From: Myxococcota bacterium
Lineage (GTDB): Bacteria > Myxococcota_A > UBA9160 > UBA4427
Assembly: GCA_036336835.1 (NCBI GenBank)
Contig: JAYZFK010000076.1
Coordinates: forward strand, 1-19,103
Length of the DNA stretch: 19,103 nucleotides
Direction: 5' to 3'
Below, one piece after another: positions 1 to 7,646 of the stretch (positions within the stretch are counted from its first letter, which is position 1; each line of letters starts with the position of its first letter). A program made the translations under genes and the position numbers. Under the pieces are notes generated by a model. The model worked only from the letters and a program-made list of their open reading frames with translations, had not been told where the DNA came from and searched no databases.

Positions 1-2
1 TG

Positions 3-1031
3 ACCGGCGTGCTCGAAATGGCCGTCGCTGTCGGCGTCGCCCTGCGCAAGCTCGGTGGCGAGCGTCTGCTCGCGCACGTAGTCGGCGAAGCGATCGATTG
101 CGCTGCGCCAGCTGTCGGGAACGTCGACGATCAGATGGATCTGGTCGGCTACGGGCAGGCCCGCCTGTTTGCGTGCCTGCTGAACGACCCGCACCAGGTC
201 CCGCGCGCGACCCTCGGCCACGAGCTCCTCGCCGCTGCCCGTGATCGCACGCGCGCGCACACCGTCCGTGTTCGCATACAGACAGAAGAAGCTGTAGGCG
301 TTCCAGATCGGGTTGATCACCAGACGCACCGCCTCGGCGATCGCCTTGCCCTCCTGGTCGATGCGCAGATCGCCGCCCTTCATGAGCGGTGATGACACGA
401 GGTACCAGCGCAGGGCGTCCGACCCGATGCGCTCGAATACATCCTCGATATCGTAGCTCTCGTACAGCAGCCCACGCTCCCACAGCTGCTTGAGCGCCCA
501 GATCAAGCTCTCCATGTACGGGAGATCGAGCGTCTTGTAATCGTTGTCGAAATCGACCCAGCGCGCGGCGCGGTTCACATAGCGCTGCCAGTCGTTCGTG
601 TACTTCATGACCGAGGCGCGGCAGTGATCATTGAAGTTCGCGATGCCGAACTCGATGATGTTCGCGCGGCCAGAGACGTGGAGCTCCCTCTCGGCCTCCA
701 TCTCGGCGGGTAGTCCGTGGCAATCCCAGCCAAAGCGGCGTTCGACGCGCTTGCCGCGCATGGTCTGGAAGCGCGGCACGATGTCCTTGATGTAGCTGGT
801 GATCAGGTGTCCGTAGTGAGGCAGCCCGTTGGCGAATGGCGGTCCGTCGTAGAAGATGAACTCGTTGCTACCGCGCTCGCCCGCGGGCCGAACGTCGATG
901 GAGTGGCGGAATACGTCGCGCTCCGCCCAGCGAGCGAGGATGCGCTTCTCGATGTCGGGAAAGTGAGGCTGGGCCTCGACGTTGGGGTAGGGCGCTCGGC
1001 CCCCGCTCGGTTCGGGATGCGCGTCGGGCAT
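3..1031 (-). CDS. ileS: Isoleucyl-tRNA synthetase type 2 (IleRS2)-derived ORF with two internal in-frame deletions; 3' end lies outside the window
   Basis: Hand translation from ATG at 1031: [35 protein letters not shown]...[19 protein letters not shown] (HIGH motif HYGH at 807-818)...[13 protein letters not shown]...[66 protein letters not shown]...[14 protein letters not shown]...[34 protein letters not shown]. No stop in 343 codons and no KMSKS in the frame. Homology is clear; whether it is functional is not. Confidence 0.93.
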   Translation of the reverse strand, partial: MPDAHPEPSGGRAPYPNVEAQPHFPDIEKRILARWAERDVFRHSIDVRPAGERGSNEFIFYDGPPFANGLPHYGHLITSYIKDIVPRFQTMRGKRVERRFGWDCHGLPAEMEAERELHVSGRANIIEFGIANFNDHCRASVMKYTNDWQRYVNRAARWVDFDNDYKTLDLPYMESLIWALKQLWERGLLYESYDIEDVFERIGSDALRWYLVSSPLMKGGDLRIDQEGKAIAEAVRLVINPIWNAYSFFCLYANTDGVRARAITGSGEELVAEGRARDLVRVVQQARKQAGLPVADQIHLIVDVPDSWRSAIDRFADYVREQTLATELAQGDADSDGHFEHAG

Positions 1032-1135
1032 GCTCGCCTGGGTGCTCGGGCCCCGGGGGAGCGTGGCCCGTTTCGACGTTGGAGCCCGCTGGATACCAGC
1101 CCGTTCTGCCCTGCGCTCCAGCCCCTCCAGCCGGA

Positions 1136-1735
1136 TCAGCTGAACGCCGGGCGCGGTCCGGTGTCGGGCAGTGACTCAGGTGAGTCCGCGTCGACGACCC
1201 GGCTTGCCACGTCGAGGTCGAAGCCAGCGCGTGCCAGCGCGGCGAGGTCGCGCTCGCGTCGGGCTGCTCGGGCTTCGCCGGCTCGCCACGGGCCGAGCCT
1301 TCTGCGCCGTGCGTGGACACTGGCCGCCGCGAGCTCCGCCTCGGGCTCAGCCGTGACACCGAGTTGTTCTCGGATCAACTCGTCGGACACCCCCTTGTGT
1401 CGCAGCTGCTGCCAGCTTGCGCGGTGCGAGCTGCCTCGGCGTTGGAGGTGCCGAGCGAGGCTCTCGGCGTAGCGGCGATCGTCGACCAGCCGTAGTTCGA
1501 CGGCCCGCGCCACGATCGTCGAGATCCAGCCCCGCGTTGCGTCGCGCAGCTCGGGCCCGGCGTCCACCGCGTCGAGCGCGAGGCGAGCTTTGCGCTCGAG
1601 CACCTGGCGGAGGTTCCGCTCGGTCGAGTCATAACGCTCGAGATAGCGAAGCGCGGCCCGCTCGAGCGAGTGCTCACTGGGAGCCACAGGCGGCGAGCGC
1701 CGCTCGGATACCCGTTTGCGACTAGACGATGTCAT
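1136..1735 (-). CDS. recX: RecX family regulator of RecA
   Basis: 199 aa with [39 protein letters not shown]...[16 protein letters not shown] and LARAGFD, typical RecX motifs. Confidence 0.88.
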   Translation of the reverse strand: MTSSSRKRVSERRSPPVAPSEHSLERAALRYLERYDSTERNLRQVLERKARLALDAVDAGPELRDATRGWISTIVARAVELRLVDDRRYAESLARHLQRRGSSHRASWQQLRHKGVSDELIREQLGVTAEPEAELAAASVHARRRRLGPWRAGEARAARRERDLAALARAGFDLDVASRVVDADSPESLPDTGPRPAFS

Positions 1736-1818
1736 CTCACTGCTCCGCGGGACCGGAGTGTGCGAGAGTAGTGGGCGGCGCGCCGGCGTGCACCGGGCGC
1801 GCGGTGGGAATCACGAGG

Positions 1819-2694
1819 ATGCCCGAGCTGCCCGAGGTCGAGACGACGCGTCGTCGGATCGCGCCCCTGCTCGTCGACCGCCAGATCCGCGAGCTGCGAG
1901 CCAGCGCGCCCTCGTATTTCTTCGTGACGCCTCCGGCGAAGTTGCGCCGCGCGCTCGTGGGCCGCACGACACACGCATTGGAGCGGCGGGGCAAGTATCT
2001 GATCGCCGAGCTCGACGATGGCAGTCAGCTCGTCATCCACCTCGGCATGACCGGTCAGCTGTTTGCGCGCGGAGCCTCGAGCATTCGCCTGCTGTCGGCG
2101 ACCGCGCGCTCCGCTCTCGGGCCGGATCAGCAGCCGGACTTCGAGCCCGACCGGCACACGCACCTGCAGCTCCACTTCGCCGATGAGGGCCCTCCGGTCT
2201 ACCTGCGCGATGTGCGCAAGTTCGGCAAGGTCATCTGGCTGGCGCCCGGCGAGAGCCACGAACGCCTCGATCGGCTCGGCCCCGACGCGCTCGAGCTGTC
2301 GGGCGATCGGTTGTTCGCGGCGACTCGGAAACGCAAGACCCCGATCAAGGCCGTGCTGCTAGATCAGCGGGTGGCGGCCGGCACCGGCAACATCTATGCC
2401 GACGAAGCCCTGTTCCTCGCTGGGGTACGCCCCGGGCGCCGTGCCGCGCGCATCACGCGCCGGGAGTCCGCGGCGATCGTCGACGGCCTGCAGCGCGTGC
2501 TCCGGCGTTCGATCGAAACTGGTGGCTCGAGCATCAGCGACTACGTCGCACCGGATGGGATCGATGGCGCCTACCAGGAAGAGCGGCGCGTCTATGCGCG
2601 CCAGGGCGCGCCGTGCTACTCGTGCGCCGCGATCGTCAAGAAGGTTGTGATCGCACAGCGCGGGACCCACTACTGTCCGCAGTGCCAGCGCTAG
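1819..2694 (+). CDS. mutM: Formamidopyrimidine-DNA glycosylase / AP lyase (Fpg/MutM)
   Basis: Starts MPELPEVET (catalytic Pro2/Glu3) after GAGG. Contains RRGKYL, HLGMTG, DVRKFG, LGPDAL, LLDQ..AG.GNIYADEALF (H2TH) and a C-terminal zinc finger CYSC...HYCPQCQ. Confidence 0.97.
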   Translation: MPELPEVETTRRRIAPLLVDRQIRELRASAPSYFFVTPPAKLRRALVGRTTHALERRGKYLIAELDDGSQLVIHLGMTGQLFARGASSIRLLSATARSALGPDQQPDFEPDRHTHLQLHFADEGPPVYLRDVRKFGKVIWLAPGESHERLDRLGPDALELSGDRLFAATRKRKTPIKAVLLDQRVAAGTGNIYADEALFLAGVRPGRRAARITRRESAAIVDGLQRVLRRSIETGGSSISDYVAPDGIDGAYQEERRVYARQGAPCYSCAAIVKKVVIAQRGTHYCPQCQR

Positions 2695-2720
2695 GGGCTG
2701 GCTTCACCCGGGAGTTTCGC

Positions 2721-4220
2721 GTGCTCAGCTTCGCCGAGCTCCGCCGCGCCGCCGCGGCGGTCGACGCACGTTTCGCGGGCTTTCGCGTCGAGCGGATTGC
2801 GCAGCCGGACGCGTTCCGGCTCGTTCTGACCTGCTATGGGCGCGATGCCGATGCCGAGCGCGGCAGCAAACGCCACCTGCTCGTGTCGTGCGATCCCGCG
2901 TTTGCGCGCGTCAGTGAGCTGCCGAGCCCTCTCGCCTCCGCGGAGCGACCGCCGCCGTTCGCTCAGTTCGCCCGTCCGCGGCTCGAGCGCGCGCGCCTGC
3001 GTCATGCACGGATCGCCCGGCGTGAACGGCAGCTGTCGCTGCTGTTCGACACCGTCGACGGAGGCTTCGAGCTGTTGCTGTCGCTACTCGGCAGACGGAG
3101 CAACTGTTACGTCCTGGACGCCGAGCGCTGTCTGCTCGCCGCGCAACGCCCGCTCGACAAGACGCGGCGCACGCTGCGCATCGGCGAGCCGTGGCAGGAT
3201 CCGCCGGAGGGAGGGCTTCGCGAGAGCGAGGATCGCTTCGAGGCGCTCTCGGATGATGACCTGCTCGCGGCGATCGAGGCCGAGTACGCAGGCAGCGAGA
3301 CCGAGCGCGACGCGGACGATCTCGGCGTCCGGATCGCCAAGGCGCTGCGCAAGGAGCGCAAGGCGGCCGAGCGGCGTGCCGCGCGCATCGAGAGCGAGCT
3401 TGCCGAGGCCGAGCAGGCGAGCGAACTCCAGCGTCACGGCGAGCTACTCAAGGGTGTGCTCGGAGATCTCGCGCCCGGCATGAGCGAGATCGTGGTGCAC
3501 GACCACGCGACGGGCGAGGACCTGGCGATTCCGCTCGATCCGGCGCTCTCGCCGCGCGCCAATCTCGAGGCCACGTTCAAGCGCTACCAGAAGCTCGTGC
3601 GGCGGCTCAGCAAGGCGGGTGCGCAGTCCGACCAGGCCCGCGCCGCCCTCGAGCGGCTGTCGCAGCTCGAGGGCGAGTTCGAGCAGGGGCCGGAAGCGGT
3701 CGCGGCGCTGGCTGCCCGTGACGACGTGGTTCGGCTACTGCGCAAGCACGCCGCCAGCAAGCCCGTCGAGGGGGCGTTGCCGCCGGCCCGGCCGCGCAAG
3801 CGCCCCTTCGACGGCTTGCCACGGCGCCTTCACCCCCGGCGCTATCGCAGCGTCGACGGCCTGGAGATCTGGGTGGGGCGCAGCGACGAGGGCAACGACC
3901 AGCTGACGACGCGGCTGGCCCGCGGTCTCGATCTGTTCTTCCACCTCGACGGGGCGCCAGGCAGTCATGTGGTGCTTCGAACCGAGGGGAGGACGGATCC
4001 TCCCCCGGATTCCGTCATCGATGCCTGCGAGCTGGCCGTCCACTTCTCGAAATCCAGCAACGCCGGCAGGGCGGATGTCCACGTGGTCCCGATCAAGAAC
4101 GTGAAGAAGCCCAGGGGGGCCAAGCGGGGGCTGGTCTACGTGACCGGCGGCCGTACGGTTCATCTGCGTCGCGAGAGCAGCCGGCTCGAGCGGCTGCTTG
4201 CTTCGCGAATCGACGACTGA
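2721..4220 (+). CDS. rqcH: NFACT family protein (RqcH/Rqc2/FbpA-like ribosome quality control factor)
   Basis: GTG at 2721 follows GGAG (2711-2714). NFACT-N-like region (PPPFAQFAR..L, LLGRRSN), coiled coil with IPLDPALSPRANLEATFKRYQK, and C-terminal NFACT-R domain (EIWVGRSDEGNDQLT, FFHLDGAPGSHVVL, ELAVHFSK, VKKPRGAKRGLV). Confidence 0.88.
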   Translation: MLSFAELRRAAAAVDARFAGFRVERIAQPDAFRLVLTCYGRDADAERGSKRHLLVSCDPAFARVSELPSPLASAERPPPFAQFARPRLERARLRHARIARRERQLSLLFDTVDGGFELLLSLLGRRSNCYVLDAERCLLAAQRPLDKTRRTLRIGEPWQDPPEGGLRESEDRFEALSDDDLLAAIEAEYAGSETERDADDLGVRIAKALRKERKAAERRAARIESELAEAEQASELQRHGELLKGVLGDLAPGMSEIVVHDHATGEDLAIPLDPALSPRANLEATFKRYQKLVRRLSKAGAQSDQARAALERLSQLEGEFEQGPEAVAALAARDDVVRLLRKHAASKPVEGALPPARPRKRPFDGLPRRLHPRRYRSVDGLEIWVGRSDEGNDQLTTRLARGLDLFFHLDGAPGSHVVLRTEGRTDPPPDSVIDACELAVHFSKSSNAGRADVHVVPIKNVKKPRGAKRGLVYVTGGRTVHLRRESSRLERLLASRIDD

Positions 4221-4280
4221 GTCGGGTAGTATCAACGCGGGGCGCACCGGTGACCAGGGCGTGTCCGTGCGGGGAGGGCG

Positions 4281-5174
4281 ATGACTGCGTCACCGCAGTC
4301 CAGTTCGAGGCGCGAGTGGGCCTCACAGGCTGCCTGGGCGGTGAGCGGTGTCGTGCTCGCTGTGATCGTGTTCGAGTTGCTCGACCTGCGCAGCGACGAG
4401 GAGCGGATCCGCTCCTTGTTGGCCGCGGTGCGCCGGGGGAATCTCGCCGAGGTGCGCGAGCTCGTCGATGACGGGATCGATCTGGGCGAGGTGACTCCCA
4501 ACGGCTGGACCGCACTCCACCACGCGGCGTTTCACGGACGAGCCGATATCGTCGCCCTGTTGCTCGAGAACGGCGCGCCCGTGGCAGCGCGCCACCCCCG
4601 CGGCTGGACGCCGCTGCATCGAGCGGCTGAGCATGGCAGCATCGAGGTCGCCCGGATGCTGATCGAGCGAGGCGCCCCGATCGACGCGGAGGCAAACGGG
4701 CGCAGCGCGCTGGGGGTGGCGATCGCGAAGGGCCACAAGGCGCTCGTCGGTTATCTCGTCGACCAGGGAGCCGGGCTCGGTGTGCTCGAAGAGCGTTCGG
4801 GCCTGACCCCTCTGTTGTACGCGGTGATGAGCGGGGACTTGGAGCTGCTGGGAAAGCTCCTCGCGCGCGAGGCGTCGGTCGATGCTCGGCTGAGCGACGG
4901 CGAGTCGGCGCTTCACATTGCAGTCGCGCTGGGTGATGCGGATGGCGTCGCGCTCCTGCTCAAGGAGGGAGCGAAGCCGAACGCGAGGAACGCGACTGGC
5001 CGCACGCCGCTCCACCGCGCCGCTACCAGCGGGCCGCCAGAGCTGGTGGCGATGCTGCTCGAGTTCGGCGCCGATCCCGCGATCGCCGATGAGAGCGGGC
5101 AGCGTCCGCTGGATCTCGTCCCGCCGGCCGGGTCCGAGGCCATCGCCGAGCTCCTCGAGGCGCGAGGGGACTGA
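4281..5174 (+). CDS. Ankyrin repeat protein with an N-terminal hydrophobic anchor
   Basis: GGAGG upstream of ATG. Hydrophobic stretch AAWAVSGVVLAVIVFELL, then about six full ankyrin repeats (GWTALHHAA, GWTPLHRAA, GRSALGVAI, GLTPLLYAV, GESALHIAV, GRTPLHRAA) and degenerate caps. Confidence 0.93.
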   Translation: MTASPQSSSRREWASQAAWAVSGVVLAVIVFELLDLRSDEERIRSLLAAVRRGNLAEVRELVDDGIDLGEVTPNGWTALHHAAFHGRADIVALLLENGAPVAARHPRGWTPLHRAAEHGSIEVARMLIERGAPIDAEANGRSALGVAIAKGHKALVGYLVDQGAGLGVLEERSGLTPLLYAVMSGDLELLGKLLAREASVDARLSDGESALHIAVALGDADGVALLLKEGAKPNARNATGRTPLHRAATSGPPELVAMLLEFGADPAIADESGQRPLDLVPPAGSEAIAELLEARGD

Positions 5175-5282
5175 GGACCGGCTGCCAGCAGGCAGCCGCG
5201 AGCAATTCCGCCCGATCCGTTCTTCCCCCGCGCCTCCCGCATGTCGGTTGGGTTATGCTTATTCGTTCATCGAGGGGATCCA

Positions 5283-6374
5283 GTGAGTTCGCATCCGTTG
5301 ATCGAGCTCGCCAACGATTCTGGTGTGAAGACACCCGCGTCGTTCCGCGAGGCCGCCGACGCCCTGACGGGCCAGCAGCTTGCCGACCTGTACGCGCAGG
5401 AACGCGCGACGGCCGCCGAAGACGCGAGCGCCAAGATCCAGCATTTCGTCGGCCACGCCGGCACGATCGAGGGCGAGTCGGTCATCGAGGACAAGGAGCT
5501 GGCGATTGCGATCTTCAATCAGTGCCGCCTGGACGGGGTACCGCTGATCCTGGCAGACGGTGCGTCGCCGATCGATCCCGACGACGTCGACGATCAGGGC
5601 ATTCCAGCGACGCGAATCGACCTGCTCGATTACGCAGTTCCAGTGACCACGCTCGCACCGTCCAAGATCAAGGCCCGGCACCGGGTGATCAGTGCTCTCG
5701 ATCTCGTCGGCGTGACGGCCGAGGAGCGTCTCGCGGTGGCCCGCGTGCGGCTGATGCCTCCCAGGTCGACCAAGGGCGACACACCGCTGCGGGCGCTGAT
5801 CGAGGGACTTGCCCAGTGCGCGGTTGCCGAGGGCTACCGCAGCACCCTGTCCGCCCAGATCGAGGCGAGTAGCGGGCGGACGATCTCGGCGGATCCGCCG
5901 CGCCTGGTGGTACTGGCCAACAACCGCTACTGGGAGATCTATCGACGCCGCTCGCTGAAGAGCGCCGGACCGTGGATGGCGGCGTTGCGACGCGTCGGCG
6001 GCGAGATCGAGCAGGCGCTCGGTATTCCGGTTGCGTTTGCCAGCATCAAGCTCTACGGCGATCCGCCGTGGCGGGTACGCCAGGGCATGCCTCAGCTGGC
6101 GTCGGATCCAGCGATCCGCAACGGTCTCGATCCGATCGGCAACGAGCTCAAGCCGAAGTGGAAGTTGCGGAATGCGGCCAAGGAGGATGCGATCGTCGAG
6201 GCGAACCTCGAGCGGACGCCCGTGCCCTACTCGCTGCGCGAGTCCTATGAGCCGGGCGACCGTATCTCGCACCCGAAGCTAGGCGAGGGCGTGGTCCAGA
6301 AGGCCCTCGGGCCGAACAAGGTCGAGATCCGGTTCGGTGACGAGAGCCGTGTGCTCGTGCAGGGCCGCAGCTAG
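5283..6374 (+). CDS. Hypothetical protein: PD-(D/E)XK-like core plus C-terminal PcrA/UvrD-type Tudor-like domain
   Basis: GTG at 5283 follows GAGGGGA. GC3-biased codons support this frame. C-terminus YEPGDRISHPKLGEGVVQKALGPNKVEIRFGDESRVLV resembles the GD.V.HPKFG.G.V pattern of PcrA C-terminal domains. The core-fold assignment is tentative. Confidence 0.7.
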   Translation: MSSHPLIELANDSGVKTPASFREAADALTGQQLADLYAQERATAAEDASAKIQHFVGHAGTIEGESVIEDKELAIAIFNQCRLDGVPLILADGASPIDPDDVDDQGIPATRIDLLDYAVPVTTLAPSKIKARHRVISALDLVGVTAEERLAVARVRLMPPRSTKGDTPLRALIEGLAQCAVAEGYRSTLSAQIEASSGRTISADPPRLVVLANNRYWEIYRRRSLKSAGPWMAALRRVGGEIEQALGIPVAFASIKLYGDPPWRVRQGMPQLASDPAIRNGLDPIGNELKPKWKLRNAAKEDAIVEANLERTPVPYSLRESYEPGDRISHPKLGEGVVQKALGPNKVEIRFGDESRVLVQGRS

Positions 6375-6394
6375 CGCAACCGGCCAGTCCGTCC

Positions 6395-7363
6395 TCAGCT
6401 CGATCCTTCGCAGTCGATCACGACCTTGCGCGCACCGCGCGCTGCGGCTCGCTCCAGCGCCTCGACACTTTGCGACAGTGGAAAACGCTCCTCGACGAGT
6501 GCCGAGACGTCGACGCTCCCGGTCTCGAGCGCGGCGAGCGCCGGCGTGAACGGCCCGCAGCGTGATCCCACCAGGTGGATCTCGTCGATCACGATTCGCG
6601 CCAGGTCGACTCTCGGGTGCTCGGCCAGGGTCGTCTTGAGCACCAGGGTGCCGCGCGGCCGCACGGCTGCGATCGCTCCCGCCAGCCCTTCTGGGGAGCC
6701 CGTCGCCTCGACCACCAGATCGGCTCGTGGCGTGTTCCCGGGCGGGAACGACGCGGCAGCGCACGTCTCGATTCCACGCTGCGAAAGCAGTGCGAGATGG
6801 GAGCGATGGTGCCCGACTGCGAGCACCTGCGCGCCCGCGTTGTCGAGCACCTGCGCGATCAGCAGGCCCAGCTTGCCGTCTCCGAACACGACCGCGTGCT
6901 GCCCGGCGACCTCGCCCACCTGCTCGAGAATCTCGAATGCGGCCGCCAGCGGCTCCGCGAACACCGCTCGGTCGTCGCCCATGGCATCTGGGACCGCGTG
7001 GAGGTTCGCGACGGGGACGGCCAGATACTGCGCAAATGCGCCGTCGGCGGCGAGGATTCCCATTACCCGTCGGCTGGGGCAGTGTCGTCCGAGCCCGCTC
7101 CGGCAGGTGGCGCAGTGGCCGCAGGCGAAGTTGATCTCGCTCACGACCCGACGCCCCAGCCACTCGGGTGGTCCCTCGACGACCTCTCCGACTCCCTCGT
7201 GGCCGAGCACCCCGCGAAAGTCCATGTAGCCGCGTGCGATCTCGAGATCGGTGTTGCAGACGCCGGCGAGCCGCATCCGGACCACCGCGCTGTCGGGCCC
7301 GGCCTGCGGCTCGGGTCGTTCGATCACGCGGACCCGCGAGCCATCGAAGTACAGAGCCTGCAC
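6395..7363 (-). CDS. Zn-dependent medium-chain alcohol dehydrogenase (MDR superfamily)
   Basis: GTG at 7363 follows GGAGG. Has GVCNTD, LGHEGVG, structural Zn site CGHCATC...HC, FAEPLAAA and nucleotide-binding GDGKLG. Substrate not determinable. Confidence 0.94.
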   Translation of the reverse strand: MQALYFDGSRVRVIERPEPQAGPDSAVVRMRLAGVCNTDLEIARGYMDFRGVLGHEGVGEVVEGPPEWLGRRVVSEINFACGHCATCRSGLGRHCPSRRVMGILAADGAFAQYLAVPVANLHAVPDAMGDDRAVFAEPLAAAFEILEQVGEVAGQHAVVFGDGKLGLLIAQVLDNAGAQVLAVGHHRSHLALLSQRGIETCAAASFPPGNTPRADLVVEATGSPEGLAGAIAAVRPRGTLVLKTTLAEHPRVDLARIVIDEIHLVGSRCGPFTPALAALETGSVDVSALVEERFPLSQSVEALERAAARGARKVVIDCEGSS

Positions 7364-7406
7364 AGAACCTCCCAACTCGGATCTCTAGTGGATAATTCAC
7401 CATATA

Positions 7407-7419
7407 TATCAAAGGGTTG
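7407..7419 (+). promoter_or_regulatory. Candidate IHF binding site
   Basis: TATCAAAGGGTTG matches the consensus WATCAANNNNTTR exactly and follows an AT-rich run (GATAATTCACCATATA) in an otherwise very GC-rich window. Confidence 0.55.
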
Positions 7420-7458
7420 AAAGTATTTCATGCCTGCTCGAAGTCTGCTCGACACATT

Positions 7459-7474
7459 TGCACACGAGTTGCCA
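7459..7474 (-). promoter_or_regulatory. Candidate sigma-54 -24/-12 promoter
   Basis: Minus strand reads TGGCAACTCGTGTGCA, with correct GG-N10-GC spacing and three mismatches to TGGCACG-N4-TTGCW. It faces the ADH gene. Confidence 0.4.
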
Positions 7475-7646
7475 CATCACAGCGTGGGGGCGTGCTGGCC
7501 CAGGGGAAAGTGTCGTGATGTTGCCTCGACAAACGCGATCGTCGTCCGTCACTACTCGTTTTTTCAGCCTGCACGATCTCCGTCGATCTCAAGCCGACGC
7601 GTTCCCGGGCCCGGGCCCGCGTCGAAATCTTCCAGGAGGGCAGTCG

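Noticed and set aside
807..818. HYGH variant of the HIGH motif as a novelty
   Set aside because: HYGH is ordinary for type-2 IleRS.
1032..1135. T-box riboswitch upstream of ileS
   Set aside because: Only about 100 bp, and I see no T-box GGTGGNACC antiterminator motif or terminator.
9..1472. Plus-strand ORFs 9..392 and 717..1472 in the track
   Set aside because: They are antisense shadows of the ileS-derived frame and recX, which carry clear motifs.
4490..5120. Repeated GGCTGGAC/CCGCTGCA-like DNA motifs as a repeat array or CRISPR
   Set aside because: They are explained by ankyrin protein repeats; there are no identical repeats with unique spacers.
7387..7395. DnaA box-like TTATCCACT (minus strand) suggesting an origin
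   Set aside because: A single 8/9 match with no box cluster and no dnaA/dnaN context.
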